Shown here piece by piece: positions 33,087 through 47,424 of a stretch of DNA of 64,000 bases. The stretch is from Balanoglossus misakiensis (taxonomy: Eukaryota; Animalia; Hemichordata), in the NCBI GenBank assembly GCA_040954595.2, contig CM082590.2, positions 9,388,088 to 9,452,087 on the forward strand, in the 5' to 3' direction. The notes under the pieces were generated by a model. That model was not told where the DNA came from. It saw nothing but the letters and a program-made list of their open reading frames with translations, and did not search any database. Position numbers and translations under genes: made by a program. How positions within the stretch are numbered: position 1 is the first letter of the stretch; each line of letters begins with the position of its first letter.

Positions 33087-36000
33087 ATGTCTGCCAAGAA
33101 ATCGAGTGTGGGGGCTGGAGGAGACGATGCGGATGATGGAGTCGGCTTCTTGTACAAGACAATGTGTAAGTTGTCATTCGTTCAGTGGTGGAAATTGACC
33201 TCGAAAGTGACTGCTATAGACAATGCTTTCTCAAATCACTAACCCGGCGTTTTAGATATACCGAAATCTCCACTCGATTTTTAAAACCTGGCTAACCAGA
33301 CTATCTTAAATGTGCAGTGTATATTATTGATTTTGAATGTGAGGTTTATAGCGTGTCTTTGTTTTGATTCTTGATCGAGGATTAGCATTTTTACACCAAT
33401 TTGCATATTGATAATCAACAGATGTTCATATATATGATATACGTTCATTAGTGGTCCAGGTGATAATATGATATAAAGATGATTATGACAATAATTACAC
33501 CCATCGTTATACTTTTAAAAGGGAGATTTTAAATTGTCAATTTATGATATGGTGATTAGGAATTATTTTATGCTGTATACATACATACTGATATAGGTAT
33601 ACTTTGACAAGACATGTAATCTTAAATACAGAATATTTTCAAATTCTTCCAGTGTCTCGAGATCCAAAGAAGAGACGTATAAAACCAGTGGAGAAGCACC
33701 TGATACAAGTTGCTTTTGGAGACGATAGTGAAGATGATAGTGATTTTGACATCAAAGAGCATCATGATGAAGATGGTGAGGCCAGTTTTTGTTGTGTAAT
33801 CACTCTATGCATACAAGAAGTGATTTTATAACACACCTCATCTGTAATGTGCGTTCAGGATGGGCGCGTCAATTTAACTGTCTGTGGTTTCGTTGCTGTG
33901 TAGTGTTTCCTATGCACTTTATATCAATCGTTTGCACACAAAATTTTCGCGAACTTCGCGAGAGCCAAAAAATCGCGTAAAAATTGTCGTGAAAGAACGT
34001 CAAGAATGCGAAAATTAATCGTCGCGTAACAGTTGATATCACGAAAATTTCCTTGCGCGAAAATGTCCCGGATTACAGTAACTTGATCTCTTGTGTTTGG
34101 TGTGAAAACAGAGGAGGACGCCTCAGAAATCTCAGACAACGAGAGTGCAGGTGACGATGATAAGGACAACAGCTCCTCCGAGAATTCAGACAGCGATGAT
34201 GAAGAAGATGACGATGAAGAAGATGAGGAGGAGGAAAAAGACGAGGTTACCGTGGAGGAGTTGGTGGATAAAGCGAAGACTAAACAACAACAACTCAAGG
34301 TACTTGTTTGCTAGTAAATAACCGTTACTGAAAAGGGTAACACAACACTTGAATACAAACCAGATGGTCAACACTAACATTCATATTTGTCATTCATATT
34401 TTCAGAGTTCGTCCAGCATCAAAGACTACGATAAGATGAAGGTTTTGATTTGCTGTGTTTGTTTGGGTGATCACAGGTGAGTTTTTCTCAAGATTAACAC
34501 TTTTTCATATCTGTTGATGTACAGCAGTACTTATAATGAAATAATCTGAAAACTTAGATCAGTGAGTGTTCTAAATGATATAATTTCTCTTGTGTATGTT
34601 GCTTACAGTGATGATGATGACGAAATTATTGAATGTGACAATTGTGGTATCCCTGTACATGAAGGTAAGATGAAACTTGAACTTTGTCATATTTCATAAT
34701 TTTATCACCACAATGGGAAGATTGGACCTCAAAAGAGGGAACTGGGGCTTAAAGGGTTAATTCCAACCAAATTCTCTTTGCAGGTTGCTATGGAGCCTCA
34801 GACACTGACTCCACTCAAAGCAACCAGACATCGAGTTCAACTGAACCCTGGTTTTGTGATGCGTGCAAAGCTGGAATCCCACAGGCCGTATGTATGAATT
34901 TCTGTCGTTGCAATCTTGGCGTAAATTTCTGTCTTACCTTCCAGACATCCGGCCTTTTCAAAACACCTCTCATAATGTACTCGTTGTTTGATAGTCTTGT
35001 AAGAACATCACCGAATTTGCTGTGTGAAATAATAGATAAACCTGTGTTATTGGCAATCTCTATAAAGTGGCCACTTTGTTACAGTCACTGTGCAATTTAC
35101 ATGTGCATTAACTGACCTGTCTATAAAGGCCACCTATCTATGATGACAAGTTTAGCAAAGTCAACATGTTACAATGAAGTACTTCATTGATTTAAATGGA
35201 TTAGCCCAGAGCTGATACAGTCGGAAACTCAAGTTGCGATCTGTACTGTACATGTGTCTGTCTGTGTATTTTGTTCTGTTCTGGTTCAGATGTGTGAGAT
35301 GTGTCCTAACAGTGGAGGCATATTCAAAGAAACAGACACCGGAAGGTAAGTCAAATACAGTAAAACTTGTCGAAACAGAACCCTGTCTAATCTGGGAACC
35401 TGTCTATACCAAACACATTTTCCTGTCAAATGTTGGAAAAGAAAACAGTTGTATTTCATGTAAATGTGTAAACTATGATTGTCAATATTTGTTCCTCATT
35501 TTCAGATGGGTACATGTCGTCTGTTCTTTGTACATTCCTGGCGTAACTTTTGGTGATGTTGATAAACTCAGTCCAGTGGTGTTATCTGAAGTGCCATACA
35601 GTAAATGGGGAGCGAGGGTAAGTAGAAACCTGGGTTAGCACTGTTATAACCCTGGGGTAGCTTGGTGTCAGTCACGAAATTAATCTCATAACTTTCACTG
35701 TTTTGATCAAGACCTGTAGACAATGGAAAGTTTTGTCTATTTGATCTAGAATCAAGGGGGAAATAGAGAAAAATGATGAAAATGATGATAATGTTGCACC
35801 ACATTTTGACAACAAATAACATTTTTTTTGTCTGCTGTATTAGGAGTGCTGTTACTGTGATGATGAGAGATTTGCAAGGACTGGGATTGTCATTGGATGT
35901 GATGCCGGATTGTGCCGGAATTATTTCCACGTGACATGGTATGTATTCTCTGATGTTTTGATAAACAACCGGTCAATTATTTTTACGAATACAACAGTCA

Positions 36001-39000
36001 AAAACAAATCAATTGTGAACTAGTTTCTCTGTAATGTTACAAATTTGCAGTTGTAATTATGTCTAAGTTTTTGGTTTTACTTTCAGCGCTCAAAGAGTTG
36101 GTCTTTTATCCGAAGCTTCACCAGAAGAGGTACGTTTAGTTGATTGAATTGTTTAAATTTGAAAGGAGAAGTGATCATGGTGAGAGGGGTACATGGGACA
36201 ATGTTAAGTTCAGACAGGTTTTACAGTATACATATTTTTGCAGGATATAGCAGATCCGTTCTACGCTTACTGCAAACTTCACGTGGATAAGACCATGATG
36301 AAACAGAAGAGACAGAACTGGCTGGCTGTGCAGTCACACTGCAAACATCACAAACTGGAATTGATCGAGGATGAGATACTCAAGGTATGTTGGCTGTGTG
36401 TGTGTGTCTCTCTCTCTCTCTCCATCTCTTTCACTCTCTCTCTCTCACTCTGTGTGTATGTCAATATGTGTGTGTGTGTCTCTCTCTCTCTCTCCCTATC
36501 ATCATCACTGTACATGTCATTTTCGCTTTCATTTTCAGACACGTATTCTGGATAAACTGGAACAGTCTAAAGTTAGATATAATGAATTAAGGAAGAGAAG
36601 ACCGCCCCCATGGAGTAAGTGCATAGTTTCTTTTGTATGCTCATAGTTTGTTTCTAGCCTTGGAATTTTTGATGACTGCAGTTCATAAAGTAACCACTAC
36701 GTAATTTAAACCCTTTTTAGTTCCAACCGAGAAGACTGCCCGGCTGCTATCAACATGTCCATCAGCTTGCAGGAAATTGATGAAGAAAGCGGAATTGTTA
36801 GGAATCAATACAGAGGTAAGTGTTTTGTTGCATGTTAATTGTTGTAGAAGTTCAATTAAATCCTAGAGAAGTTCTGTTGGGTCCTATAGTTCTACTGATA
36901 CTATCCTTGTATTAAAATTCCTCGTAATTGTCCACCCCTGGTTCGTTGTTTGGAGGTCCAACTTCACCATAGAAAGCTATGGATTTGGACTGAACCATGG
37001 TGTTGAAAGTGTAAATGTCCATACCCTGGAAGCCTGTTCTTGGTGAAACTACATAATAACTCCCAATCATGGAGATTTACATGGCTTGGAATACAGTAAC
37101 TATCTAAGTGACATATTTTCTTTGTCCCGATAGACGGTGACAGCGAGATCGTCTAGTGAGAGAAGAGATCAGCGAGGCAAGTGGCGTATGGGACCCGCGT
37201 TTAATCCAGAATTTGTCAACTATTACTTAGGTATGTCAACGAACATACAATGCTTTTAGTTTGCTTGGATTTCAGTGATGTTTCCATCAACAGATGGTTC
37301 TTTACTTTAACTCTCTGAAGGCCACATTTTCTCTGTCAAAACTAGGTGCAACATTTTTATCATTTTCACTCATTTTCCCTGATGTAACATGCACTATCTT
37401 GGTTCCCTACAGAGCGGAATGTAAAAATCACCAACATGAAAAATCGACTGGATGGTTTAATGGAACAAGGCGAGAAGCTCCACTTGGAACAGAAGACGCT
37501 CAGAAAACAGTATGATTCGGTGAGTACAAGGGGTGTAGAAAACTACAAGAAACAACCAAAAAAACAACCAGAAACAACCAAAAAAACAACCAGAAACTGG
37601 CAATAATATCCTGGTTGTGAAAATTGTCTGATCAAGGGAAATCAATTCGGGCTTGTCAACTTTGGGATGGTGTGTGTTGACTGGATATGAAACAAGTGAG
37701 TACAAGTTCAGGGATGATAAAACAACCAAAAAACAACCAGAAACAACCAACTTTGGGATGGTGTGTGTTGACCACGGATGGTATGGTCAGTCCAAGTTTG
37801 TAAAATCCAAGTTGATCTTTTTCACACCAGAGTTTACACAGCCAATGTTGACCACATAAATATAATGTCCACATTAGCTGAATATTAGACTTTGTACGTT
37901 CACTATTTCTTGTTTTTCTCAGCTTTCCTGCGACATAGAAGCACTCAAACTCGACAACTCGAAACTGACCAGGTGCGGGGAAGACCTATGGAAGAAACTC
38001 AGTGAACTTGGCAAGAAGGTGAGTCACTCCACCCCGCAAGCCATCATTCAGTGGACTGACCCAATTGTCCTTAGTGGTATGGCTGGAACTATTTAATACA
38101 GGGGAGGGGTGTTCAACCTGAAGCCATTTTCCAGTATACTAGTACTGCACAGATTTTATTTTGATTTCTCAAAATACATGTATGGACAGTAAAGCAGTGA
38201 TCTTTCTTTTTTCTCATCAGAAATTTCCACTGCCGACGGTGTTAAAACCACTTCAGAAACCAAAGAAGTCGTCGCCAACTCGAAGAGAGACTCCGAAGTC
38301 ACCCACTGCCATTATACATCTGTAAGTTAAATAATTTAGGAACCTCTTTAACTTCTGCTGCTCATTATATGACTGCATTGATACACCAAGCTGAGGGGAA
38401 CTGCCGTAAAATGGCTGTGGAACGCAGGTAACATTTACCTTGCTACTGGCTCTGAACAAAACCATATACACCATCCACACTTTTTCTTAAGACGGTATCT
38501 GATCTTAGACGCTTCAGAACCGTCTTACACCATCCATACTTTTTCCTAAGACGGTATCTGATCTGAGACACTTCAGAACCGTCTTAATGGCGTGTGTGTG
38601 ACCCTCATATATTTCTTGCAGATGTGGTTTATGTAACAAGTCCACAGACCAGCATCTCTTGGCATTGTGTGACACTTGTAAGAAGTACTACCATCTTGGA
38701 TGTCTGGATCCCCCTTTGACAAGGATGCCCAAGAAAACAGCTTACAGTGGCTGGTAGGAATTGATAAAAATGTTTCATTTAACCCCCCACTCTCCAGATC
38801 TGAATCCGAAATAGACTTCTTACTCGCTGTTTGCTACAATTTATACAAATCCTGTATTTTTCACAAAAGCACAGAAATGAGAGTTATCTGTTTTTCTGTA
38901 AAGTTCATGGAATATAAAGTTCTGGCTGATGAAACGTGGCACTAGAAATGATATGTGTAAATGTACAGGTTGTCAACTAACAACCATGAGCTTGTTGAAT

Positions 39001-42000
39001 AAAACAAGATCAGTCCAACTACAGTGTCTGCACCGTTCCAATGGTGCTTGAATAATATTGATAAGCTCGATGAGGAAACAAGCGCCAGGTTTCAAAAACG
39101 TGATTGACAAACGTTTCGAACGTCTGTGCAGGATCGAAACGTTGGTCTATCAAGTTTTTATGTAGTAATACAGCTATCAGTGAAACCTGATGCTTGTTTT
39201 TCCTCATCAAACTTAACAACCAAGTTGACATGAAATCACTCAATTGGATACCCCCCTATTTCCTAGGCAATGCTCTGAGTGCTGCAGCAGCGACAGTGAC
39301 AGTTCCACGCCACCTCAGGTCGCAGAAGACGCGACCCCCGACGGCGATAAGACTCGCAGAAGCAGGCGACAAATTCGCGAACCCAACAAATTCACACCAA
39401 TACAAGCGCTGTATATTGATGTGAAAAAGGTACAAACTGTAAGTTACAAAGTTTATGTCTTGTGATTGTTGTCGACATTGTATGTAACTTCATTAGAGGA
39501 AGATATTTTCTGGAAAAAGTGGTCGTTTTTCCATCATTTGTGGCCATTTCTAAGTTAGCAACCTACAGACCAAGACTGCGTCATTCAGTTTATCAGTATG
39601 ACGAACATTCAAATCTACACTAAGATTGAACCCCTATGAGATTCACAGTGACTAAATAAGGGAATATTACCTTATAAGGAGAAAATGCTTCCAAGTATAT
39701 CCTATGCACACACAGATTAGTTTCCAAATCCGGGGGTATTTCCAAATATGGGAACAGTTTCCAAATCCGAGGGGTATATCCAAATATGGGAACAGTTTCC
39801 AAATCCGGGGAATATGGGAACAGTTTCCAAATCCGAGGGGTATTTCCAAATATGGGAACAGTTTCCAAATCCGGGGAATATGGGAACAGTTTCCAAATCC
39901 GAGTCATGTCCTCTCAGATTGCCATGTTGCTCCTTGTAAAAGATACGATGTGTTTCCAATTTTTCCGTCAGCTGAAATCTGGAAAAAAGAGAAAATCCAA
40001 GAGAGTGATGAAAGTGAAGAGGAAATTGGATCCGGAAGATGAAGATGATGAAGAAAGTGTTACACTGGTAGGTTTTATCTCTGTACATCCCGAGGTTTTC
40101 TCGCAGATGTGAACTTCTTTTGCTGTGTTTCTGGGGATGGGTTTGGCATGTGTATCAGCTAAATACGGAACAGATTGACAGATTCTGAAGTAATTTTCAC
40201 CGTGACTACTTTTCAGCCACCCCCAAAGAGAGAAAGACAGAAACCAGCTCCAAGGAAATCTAAGGAAATCGATGTCAGAACACAATGTGCTACGTGTGAT
40301 CAAGAGGGCGATAACAGTACCCTAGTCAGGTGAATATTATCTTTATAACCCTAGATTGTTTATCTCTTTTTGGGGGCGATAGTAGTATCTCAGTCAGGTG
40401 AATATAACCTCATGACCCTTATGTACATGTGAGGTTTGTATCAATAATGCTAAAATAGTTGGAAAATGCGTGGAGATGTAAAGGTGCTTGTTTCCAATTG
40501 AGTTATACATGGACATGAATTGATGTATAAACGTGTAGTAAGCACTATTATATACCTGAAAAATCAGAGGTCAATAATATGCATTACTTTCACACTGACT
40601 CCATGATGTCATAAATCTTTATTGTCTGTTGTTGTACGGATGAATTACAGATGTAAATACATGTAAATACTAAAATAATAAAAGATGTACAGAACACAGA
40701 GATTGTAACAACTACAGACTAGTTTCCACTGTACAGAAGTAGTCACTAACATAGATTTTATTGTAATATTTTTGTGTTTTACAGATGTGATGAGTGTAAG
40801 AAGTGTTATCACTTTGGTTGTCTGGACCCACCGTGTAAAAAGTCACCCAAGCAGGCTGGTTATATATGGCTGTGTGAGGAATGTGACTCAACACCAACAG
40901 TGAGTAAAACTGTAATCTTTCGGAATGAAAGTCGAATCATGTTTCACAAAAAAACTATGAGTTTGTCAATCTTTTTCTAAAATTTTGGTAAAGACTTGTA
41001 AGCAATCGCAACTTAAGTCCATTTGGTCCAAAATTAAGGAGAAAAGTTAGGAAATGTCCATAGAAATGAGAAAATGTTACATCAACATTTTGTTCAGAAA
41101 AATTGTAGTGTCACAAGAAAGTGCTGGGTCATGTGACACACACTGGACCAATAAGTGTCACTCTCTCATGAAGTGCTGGGTCACTCCTTTTTGATGATAA
41201 AGACCTGCAGGTCATTTTTGAACATGGTGCGTTGCTCTTTCACATAGGAGCAGTCTTCGGTTTTCAGGTGATCGAGCAACTCCTGTTTCAGATCGTCCGG
41301 CGCCGTGGCGACAAAACGATCCACTTCCGTGATGAAATCCACCACCAGTTCCCCCACTTTTGTGTTTCCTTGGAAACAGTCAGTGATGTCGAAATACGAC
41401 AGCAGCTGCCTGGTCTCGTATTTCATTTTTCGTTTATCCAAGATTTGCTGGATTGCTTTCCCTGTGATGTAGTTGCAGCGTTCACTTCGACACACGCGTG
41501 TGCCGAATTTGTCCCAGAGTTTCTCCCATCCTCCTGTACCTAAAGAAAGAAAGTATTTCAAATTTTATACTACAAGAATTAACTTTGAATTTCATAATGA
41601 AATCTTAAAAACTTAGCAGCTTTATTTGGTAGCCAACAACTCTGAAAGACTTACTTACCAGAGACATGCACAATGACCAAAGTTCCGCCAGCCTTGAGTT
41701 GTTTGGTGAACATATCCAATATGGTCGCCTCTGGGTCATCTGCGTAGAAGAGCACTTGAATCACGTGGATGAGGTCGAACTTAGCGTGTTCAGTTGCGGA
41801 GTGCTGTAAAAGAACATGATTTGTGAGTTAGGATGTCTTGACCTGAACAACCTAAGATGGGCAGTAGGCGAAAATAAAAACTTCCCCACAGTATAAAAAA
41901 GAAATATTTACTCACTGAATATTTCTCAATAGTTTGTCCTCTCCAATCAAACTCCACCGTTTTTAACTGATCTGTGCGTTGTTTAACCAGTGCTTTGTAT

Positions 42001-44296
42001 TTTTCGATTTGCGTGTGGCTTGGTTCGACCACACAGTTGTATATGTGGCTGTATTTCTTCATCAGTGATGTGAGGATATGGACATCCATGTCTCCTGCAA
42101 GAGAGATACTTATAGATCAGAATTATGTTTCCAACTGGGTCAGCTTTGGGCTAGCCCAGTGACAGCCTGGGCATATCCAGTCAAAACTACAATCAAAACA
42201 GTTTGATCTGCACAGAGGTCATACATAACTAGTATCAGTAATAAAACTAACATTTTCCCCTGTATTCAAAATTGCAACAATCTCTTGTTAGAGTAACCAA
42301 TTTTACCTGAGCCACTGCCAACGCCCAGAATCTTTAGCGGTTCCTCTGTTGAAGGTGTTGTTACAATATCTGCTATTTCAGACCGAATCCAAGACGCTAC
42401 AACGTCATGTTCATCGGATAATCTCAGAAATTCCTGGAACGACTCCATGTAGCGTTCAGTGTTGCTATACAGACTCTTCATGCTTGTGCTTGAGTGAAAA
42501 ATCTAAACAAAACAAATATGATAATATTTTGATTAATTTGAGGTTTTCCAGTGTCAAAATTTCACGTGATTTATAAACCCTATCATGCCTAAACCCCTAT
42601 ATATTATAGGATTGAAATTTGTACAGTATACTGCAGGAAAGTATATTCTCATTGTAACAGGCGATATGTGCGAATTCAACTCGGTCCTTGAATTGAGATG
42701 AATGCGTGAATTTTAAGTTGTTCACGACAGTTGAAAGACTTTCAGTGGAAAGAAGGAAAGTTACGGAACAGTTCAAGATTTCAGTGTGATTTAATTTCTT
42801 ACCTGTAACGCTGTGATGGAGTTCTCCTGTTGAAACGATGGTGATGTGTTGCCGTTGAGATGTCTTGTGCTACCGGACGTTTTTTTTACAGTGGGCGACT
42901 TTTTTATGCCACGTAAAACCTATTGAGTGCTACGAACATTTCATCATAGATGCAGAAAGCCCCATCAGGCACTAGATTTTTTGAGGGGCCTTCTCTAAAA
43001 CTGTCAGTGGAGATGCATGTAATGATATCAAAATATGATATCAAAATAAATAACAAACCTAGAAATCGGGTGTTATGTTACAGGAACTAGGTTTTTCATT
43101 GTGTTACAATTGAAATCATTTCTGTACTCTGTTTGCAAGAGAGTTCATAAATTTTGTTTTCAACAGAACTGTATACAAAATATTGAGGCATGAAATTTGA
43201 TCAGGAAAGAAAAATAATCATGTTCAAAGTGCAAAAAGGCACAGCTAATGGAGCCAAGATTACTGCTTGTTGATTTATTCATGCAACTGTCTTGTAATTA
43301 CCAGTATGTTCATATTATTACCCTACATGATTTCGTCTGTACGTGATTGCATAGGTAAAAACATTCTATAGTAATTTTACCTGCTTGTGTTGTCAAAACA
43401 TTAAGGTTATTTTTTTTAAGGGTCAACTTTGGAGAAGGCCCCTACCTACAGTTGTCATGTTAATCCTAATAATTGGCCACTCGTTGTGGAATCCTAACAA
43501 TCATGGAAGATTATTCCTTCGGGGGAAGTTCTACGTTTACCTCTTTTGCAGGGGTTCCGTGAACCATAATGAGGCACCTGTTGCTATGGTTACTTAGCAG
43601 AAGCAGGAAGTTCCCCCTAGAAGCAAAATGAGGGGGTGTTTTGCTGGTTTTATCTACTGTACCCAGCATTCATTTCCACTCAATAGCGATAATTAGAATC
43701 ATCTCCAAATTCTATATCTCTGAGAACAGATTTTCGCATCATTTATCATACTCAGTAATCGACATCACGGCTGTTGATTGCTGAATGACTGGAAGGGTTT
43801 TTTCCTCTTTTGAAAAAAAAATCAGTGGGTAATTATATCGCTGATAATGTCAAGCAGAAAACTTGTATTTAATGGGCTCATTGGTTTAATGTCAATGGTA
43901 CAGCTATCTCTGCCTTGAAGCAGTTTTACATTACATGTGTCATGTCTTCTAAAAACATGATTTTATAGAAACTCGGAATCAAGGTGATGGTTTGTGAAAT
44001 TGTTATCTCATGTTATATGTACATCTCCACCAGTTTGATGGCATATTTTTTTTACATGTACATTGTATCAATTTTTATCTTGATGGTACATCATATTGGT
44101 TTTGCAAAGATACTGCATGGATTTGTTATGTCTAAATTTATAAATATTAATTTAATAATTGTGTTTTGTTTGCTTTCTTTTAAAGGATGATAGTGATGAA
44201 GAAGACAACCAGACAAAGAAATCGGACAGCGACGACGACAAAAGTGTAAAAACCGAGCAGATGGAGGTCGATGATGACGAAGAAGAAGATGACTAA
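33087..44296 (+). CDS. PHF14: PHD finger protein 14 (PZP module plus additional PHD fingers), multi-exon
   Basis: RDPKKRRIKPV...DDSEDDSDF N-terminus; ICCVCLGDH..DEIIECDNCGIPVHEGCYG; STEPWFCDACK; CEMCPNSGGIFKET..WVHVVCSLYIPGV; DPFYAYCKLH; two later PHDs (CDTCKKYYHLGCLDPPL; CDECKKCYHFGCLDPP). An acidic last exon runs 44186-44296. Confidence 0.94.
33937..34080. mobile_element. CGCG-rich MITE-like repeat fragment; related fragments at about 2618-2665 and 49537-49680
   Basis: Shared TTTTCGCG/CGCGAAAA blocks with TACAGTA or TACTGTA ends. Confidence 0.55.
38467..38586. repeat. Tandem duplication, about 59 bp x2
   Basis: TACACCATCCA.ACTTTTTC.TAAGACGGTATCTGATCT.AGAC.CTTCAGAACCGTCT occurs twice. Confidence 0.85.
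39719..39903. repeat. Minisatellite (TATGGGAACAGTTTCCAAATCCG core, about 6 copies) in a PHF14 intron
   Basis: Alternating ~27 and ~36 bp units are directly visible and explain the overlapping repetitive ORFs. Confidence 0.9.
41181..42481 (-). CDS. HNMT: Histamine N-methyltransferase-like SAM-dependent methyltransferase, 4 coding exons, nested in the last PHF14 intron
   Basis: MKSLYSNTERYMESFQEFLRLSDEH...LKILGVGSGSG|DMDVHIL...VVEPSHTQIEKYKALV...FDWRGQT; KFDLIHVIQVLFY; GGWEKLW...FDITDCF...VVDFITE. The motifs occur in the same order as in vertebrate HNMT. Confidence 0.85.
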
Positions 44297-47200
44297 AAAA
44301 ATCCGTGAACAGCAAATTATTGTTAAACACAGAGAAATCATATAAATTGTTTTCAGTTTACTTATTTATAGTGTTTTTGAATGTCATTTTTCTTACTTAT
44401 TTTGATTTGATTTTAGGGAATTATTGAGGATTCCCATAACTTATCTTTATTCATGGAAATTTCTGCTATCTTGAATGTTCTGTTTGTTCAAATTGAGAGA
44501 CATCATTGGGTTTTTTTTCTCAATATTTTTGTTTTCATAATAAAGGAAAGTGGTATTGTCTAATTGCAGTGTTGTCTGTTATGTGCTTGTGTGGTCTTTT
44601 ATGAAGGGGTTAACTCTGCTTCCCTGCCCCGATATATATTTTGAGGGCCCTGTTACCTGGTTACGGTAAAATACTAGTGTGGCAGCCTATGGCCGGTAAC
44701 CATACTCGGACAGGGGGTGTGCACACAATCGTGTGTGTTTTCAACTAGCTTCAAGCCCCTTGTCGGACGTTCATAACGGTTTCGTTCGAAATTGAGTGTA
44801 GTGTCCTATAAAGGCCCATAGCAACGGGCAAAAAGATACGAGTGCCCCATCTTAAACCATATCAATCTAGCCCCCAGGCCCCTCCCCCCCCCCCCCCCAG
44901 TAATGTTTCTGCTCGTGCCCTGACACACTTGTCAAGGGACGGTCAGGACAGCTTGAACCGCATCTTTGCCCGCCAAGGTCTTTGCTCTCAGAAAATAACA
45001 GATTGTAGTCGAGCTAACGACCCTTGGAGGGGATGATGGCGATACTTGCATAATAAAAGATGCAGTGTACGTACGTACCTACGTACGTAAATGAAAAACA
45101 CGTGCACGCCATCAAACTTTATCAACGCGCACTGCCTCCGTCACAGTCAACAAATTTCACAAAACACATACTCCAGAATTGTTCAGAAAACATCGTTGTA
45201 CGTGCTTTGGCCTAATATTTGTGTTGTTGTCCGTTCGGTGTGTATGAGAGAGATGGTTTACTTTGGATGTGTACAAGTTACAGGGTCCCGTAGGATAGAG
45301 GCATAGCGCACATGCATATCCAAGTGTTCTACATAACAAACTTACAGAATGTCATAAAATGAACACGAAAATGTTTTCATGGGTCTGAAACTAACCTTGA
45401 ACTCGTCTCCACAGAACACCAAGGCAAGTTTAAGTCCACACGTTGCATTAAATCAATCCAAACTTGGGGGAATTCTCCAAACTTGAAAGGTCGTACACAA
45501 ACTATGCAGCAGACGACGTGCGTATTTCCGGGGGTGTACCCCCTATGCGTCAATATGTATTAAAAATAGTTGTTTCAAAACGCGGAACAAGACAAACTTC
45601 TCACGCGAAACTAAACTAATTATAAGTGACCAAACACAGCTAAGGGAAATGATTCCGAATTATGTCCTTTCAAAAAGGAAGTTAGGTGTGTAGGATTCAA
45701 ATCATGTAATGTAAATAAAAAAAAAAGGTTTGCAAAACCAATATAGAAGGCCTTGGACTTTTTTAGAATATGGATGGTATGGTCGCAAGTATCTTTTTAG
45801 ACTTGAAGTGGCGATGAAACGAAGAATCTTTCTCCATTGTCAACACACAGAGAGAGAAACTAATTTCATCATTGATGTTACACTGTGAAACTGTGAAATT
45901 AAATCTCAAAGCTATAAAAGTTTATAGATAAACGTGTTCTTTTTATCGTCTCGCGCGCGGCGCGCAGTTGGTCCCAGTGGTGATTTATGGCGCGCGGTGC
46001 CAGGCGCGCACGCAGACGCGCAAGTTCCTTTCCCTCACCACATGTGTCAGTAATACAGGGGGATTTCCCCAACGCCTGTCATAAAACACATACTTACTCG
46101 AGATAAGCGGTTCCGTACTGGCGAACTCGTACAGTAGTAGACGCTGCAACGCCTTCAGTTGGTAGAGGTCGCAGAAACGCGAAGAGGTAAGTCTTGATTT
46201 TTCTTTTGAACTAAAAGAGTCCGGGTCTTCGTTCCAAATGAATCCCTTTTCAACCATTGATTCTGAAGGAACCGATTTAGTTGAAACAAATTTCAACATA
46301 CTATAAATTTCTTATGCTATGCTTATAACTCTCCTAGTTGACACCAAACAACCACACTCAACCATCCTACAGAAATCCTTCTAGCGACCAAGTCAAGAAA
46401 GTCGAACTTCTTACAAGATTTTTCCGATATTTAACCACTTTACCTGAGTTTTCTTGGGTTAGGACATCAAGGGTGCACGCAAGACAGTTTTGCGGTCATA
46501 GTTCCTACAAATTGAGGAAATTGGTAGCCACTGTATGTTAGCAAGCGAACGTTTGACCTAAATAGTGACCCCTTTTTGGTTGTTTGTGCCTTTATACGTT
46601 ACTTCACCTGTTGTTCAGCGTTGCTCAAGCAGCACATTTGTGTCACACAGAATTATGGCAGACGCCATGAGGAAGTGGAGACGCCGAAAATGCGATAAAA
46701 GCCTGTTCTGAAAATGATAACAATATAATTGTGCTTATGAAGCGGCCGTAACACACATCAGCTTGGGTCACTATGGTATAGATAGGTGTGGATGCCAAGA
46801 GTTGGGTGGGTGGGGTGGTGGTGTATGGTTGTCGCGTCAAGAAAACGCACACGCACTTTAGAAGTGGATAATTTCGCGTGTCGACATCATACTTTGTTTG
46901 CACATATAGATTTATGTATTGCTATGGTCTTGACAACATAACTATGCGCGCACACCAAATCTACTCAACTCCAGTCAACCTAGCCCAACCGAAGGTCGAG
47001 AACCATTGTGACAAAAACGCCTATAAAACTCTTACCAAGAAAGAGAGTGGTAAACAACCAGACTCCACTATCATAAGATCGAATACATGCTTTTGCAAAG
47101 GTCATCATGTCCATGCAAATACACACAGCTATTCCAAGTGTGTCGGTTTTACAAGAACATCCTGTCAATGTGAAACTGTCTGATGCGAAAGTCAGAAAAC

Positions 47201-47424
47201 TTTTTAAATGTTGCTTTCGTTTTGATATTGCGCTCAATATAAATAATAGACGATTCTACAAAATAAACTTCAGACGTAACAGTTATCAAAAAAAAGTTTG
47301 TTTATAGAGGTTAGCTCGTGCTTGACTTGCATAGGAATGTGCGAAACACAAGAAAAAGCTTGAAGTAAAGAGTTATTAAAATACTGATTTTGTTGCATCT
47401 AGGTGATGACGTAATCGACCGAAA

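Noticed and set aside
39620-40112. Several overlapping repetitive ORFs
   Set aside because: They come from the intronic minisatellite; only the segment from about 39972 to 40067 is a PHF14 exon.
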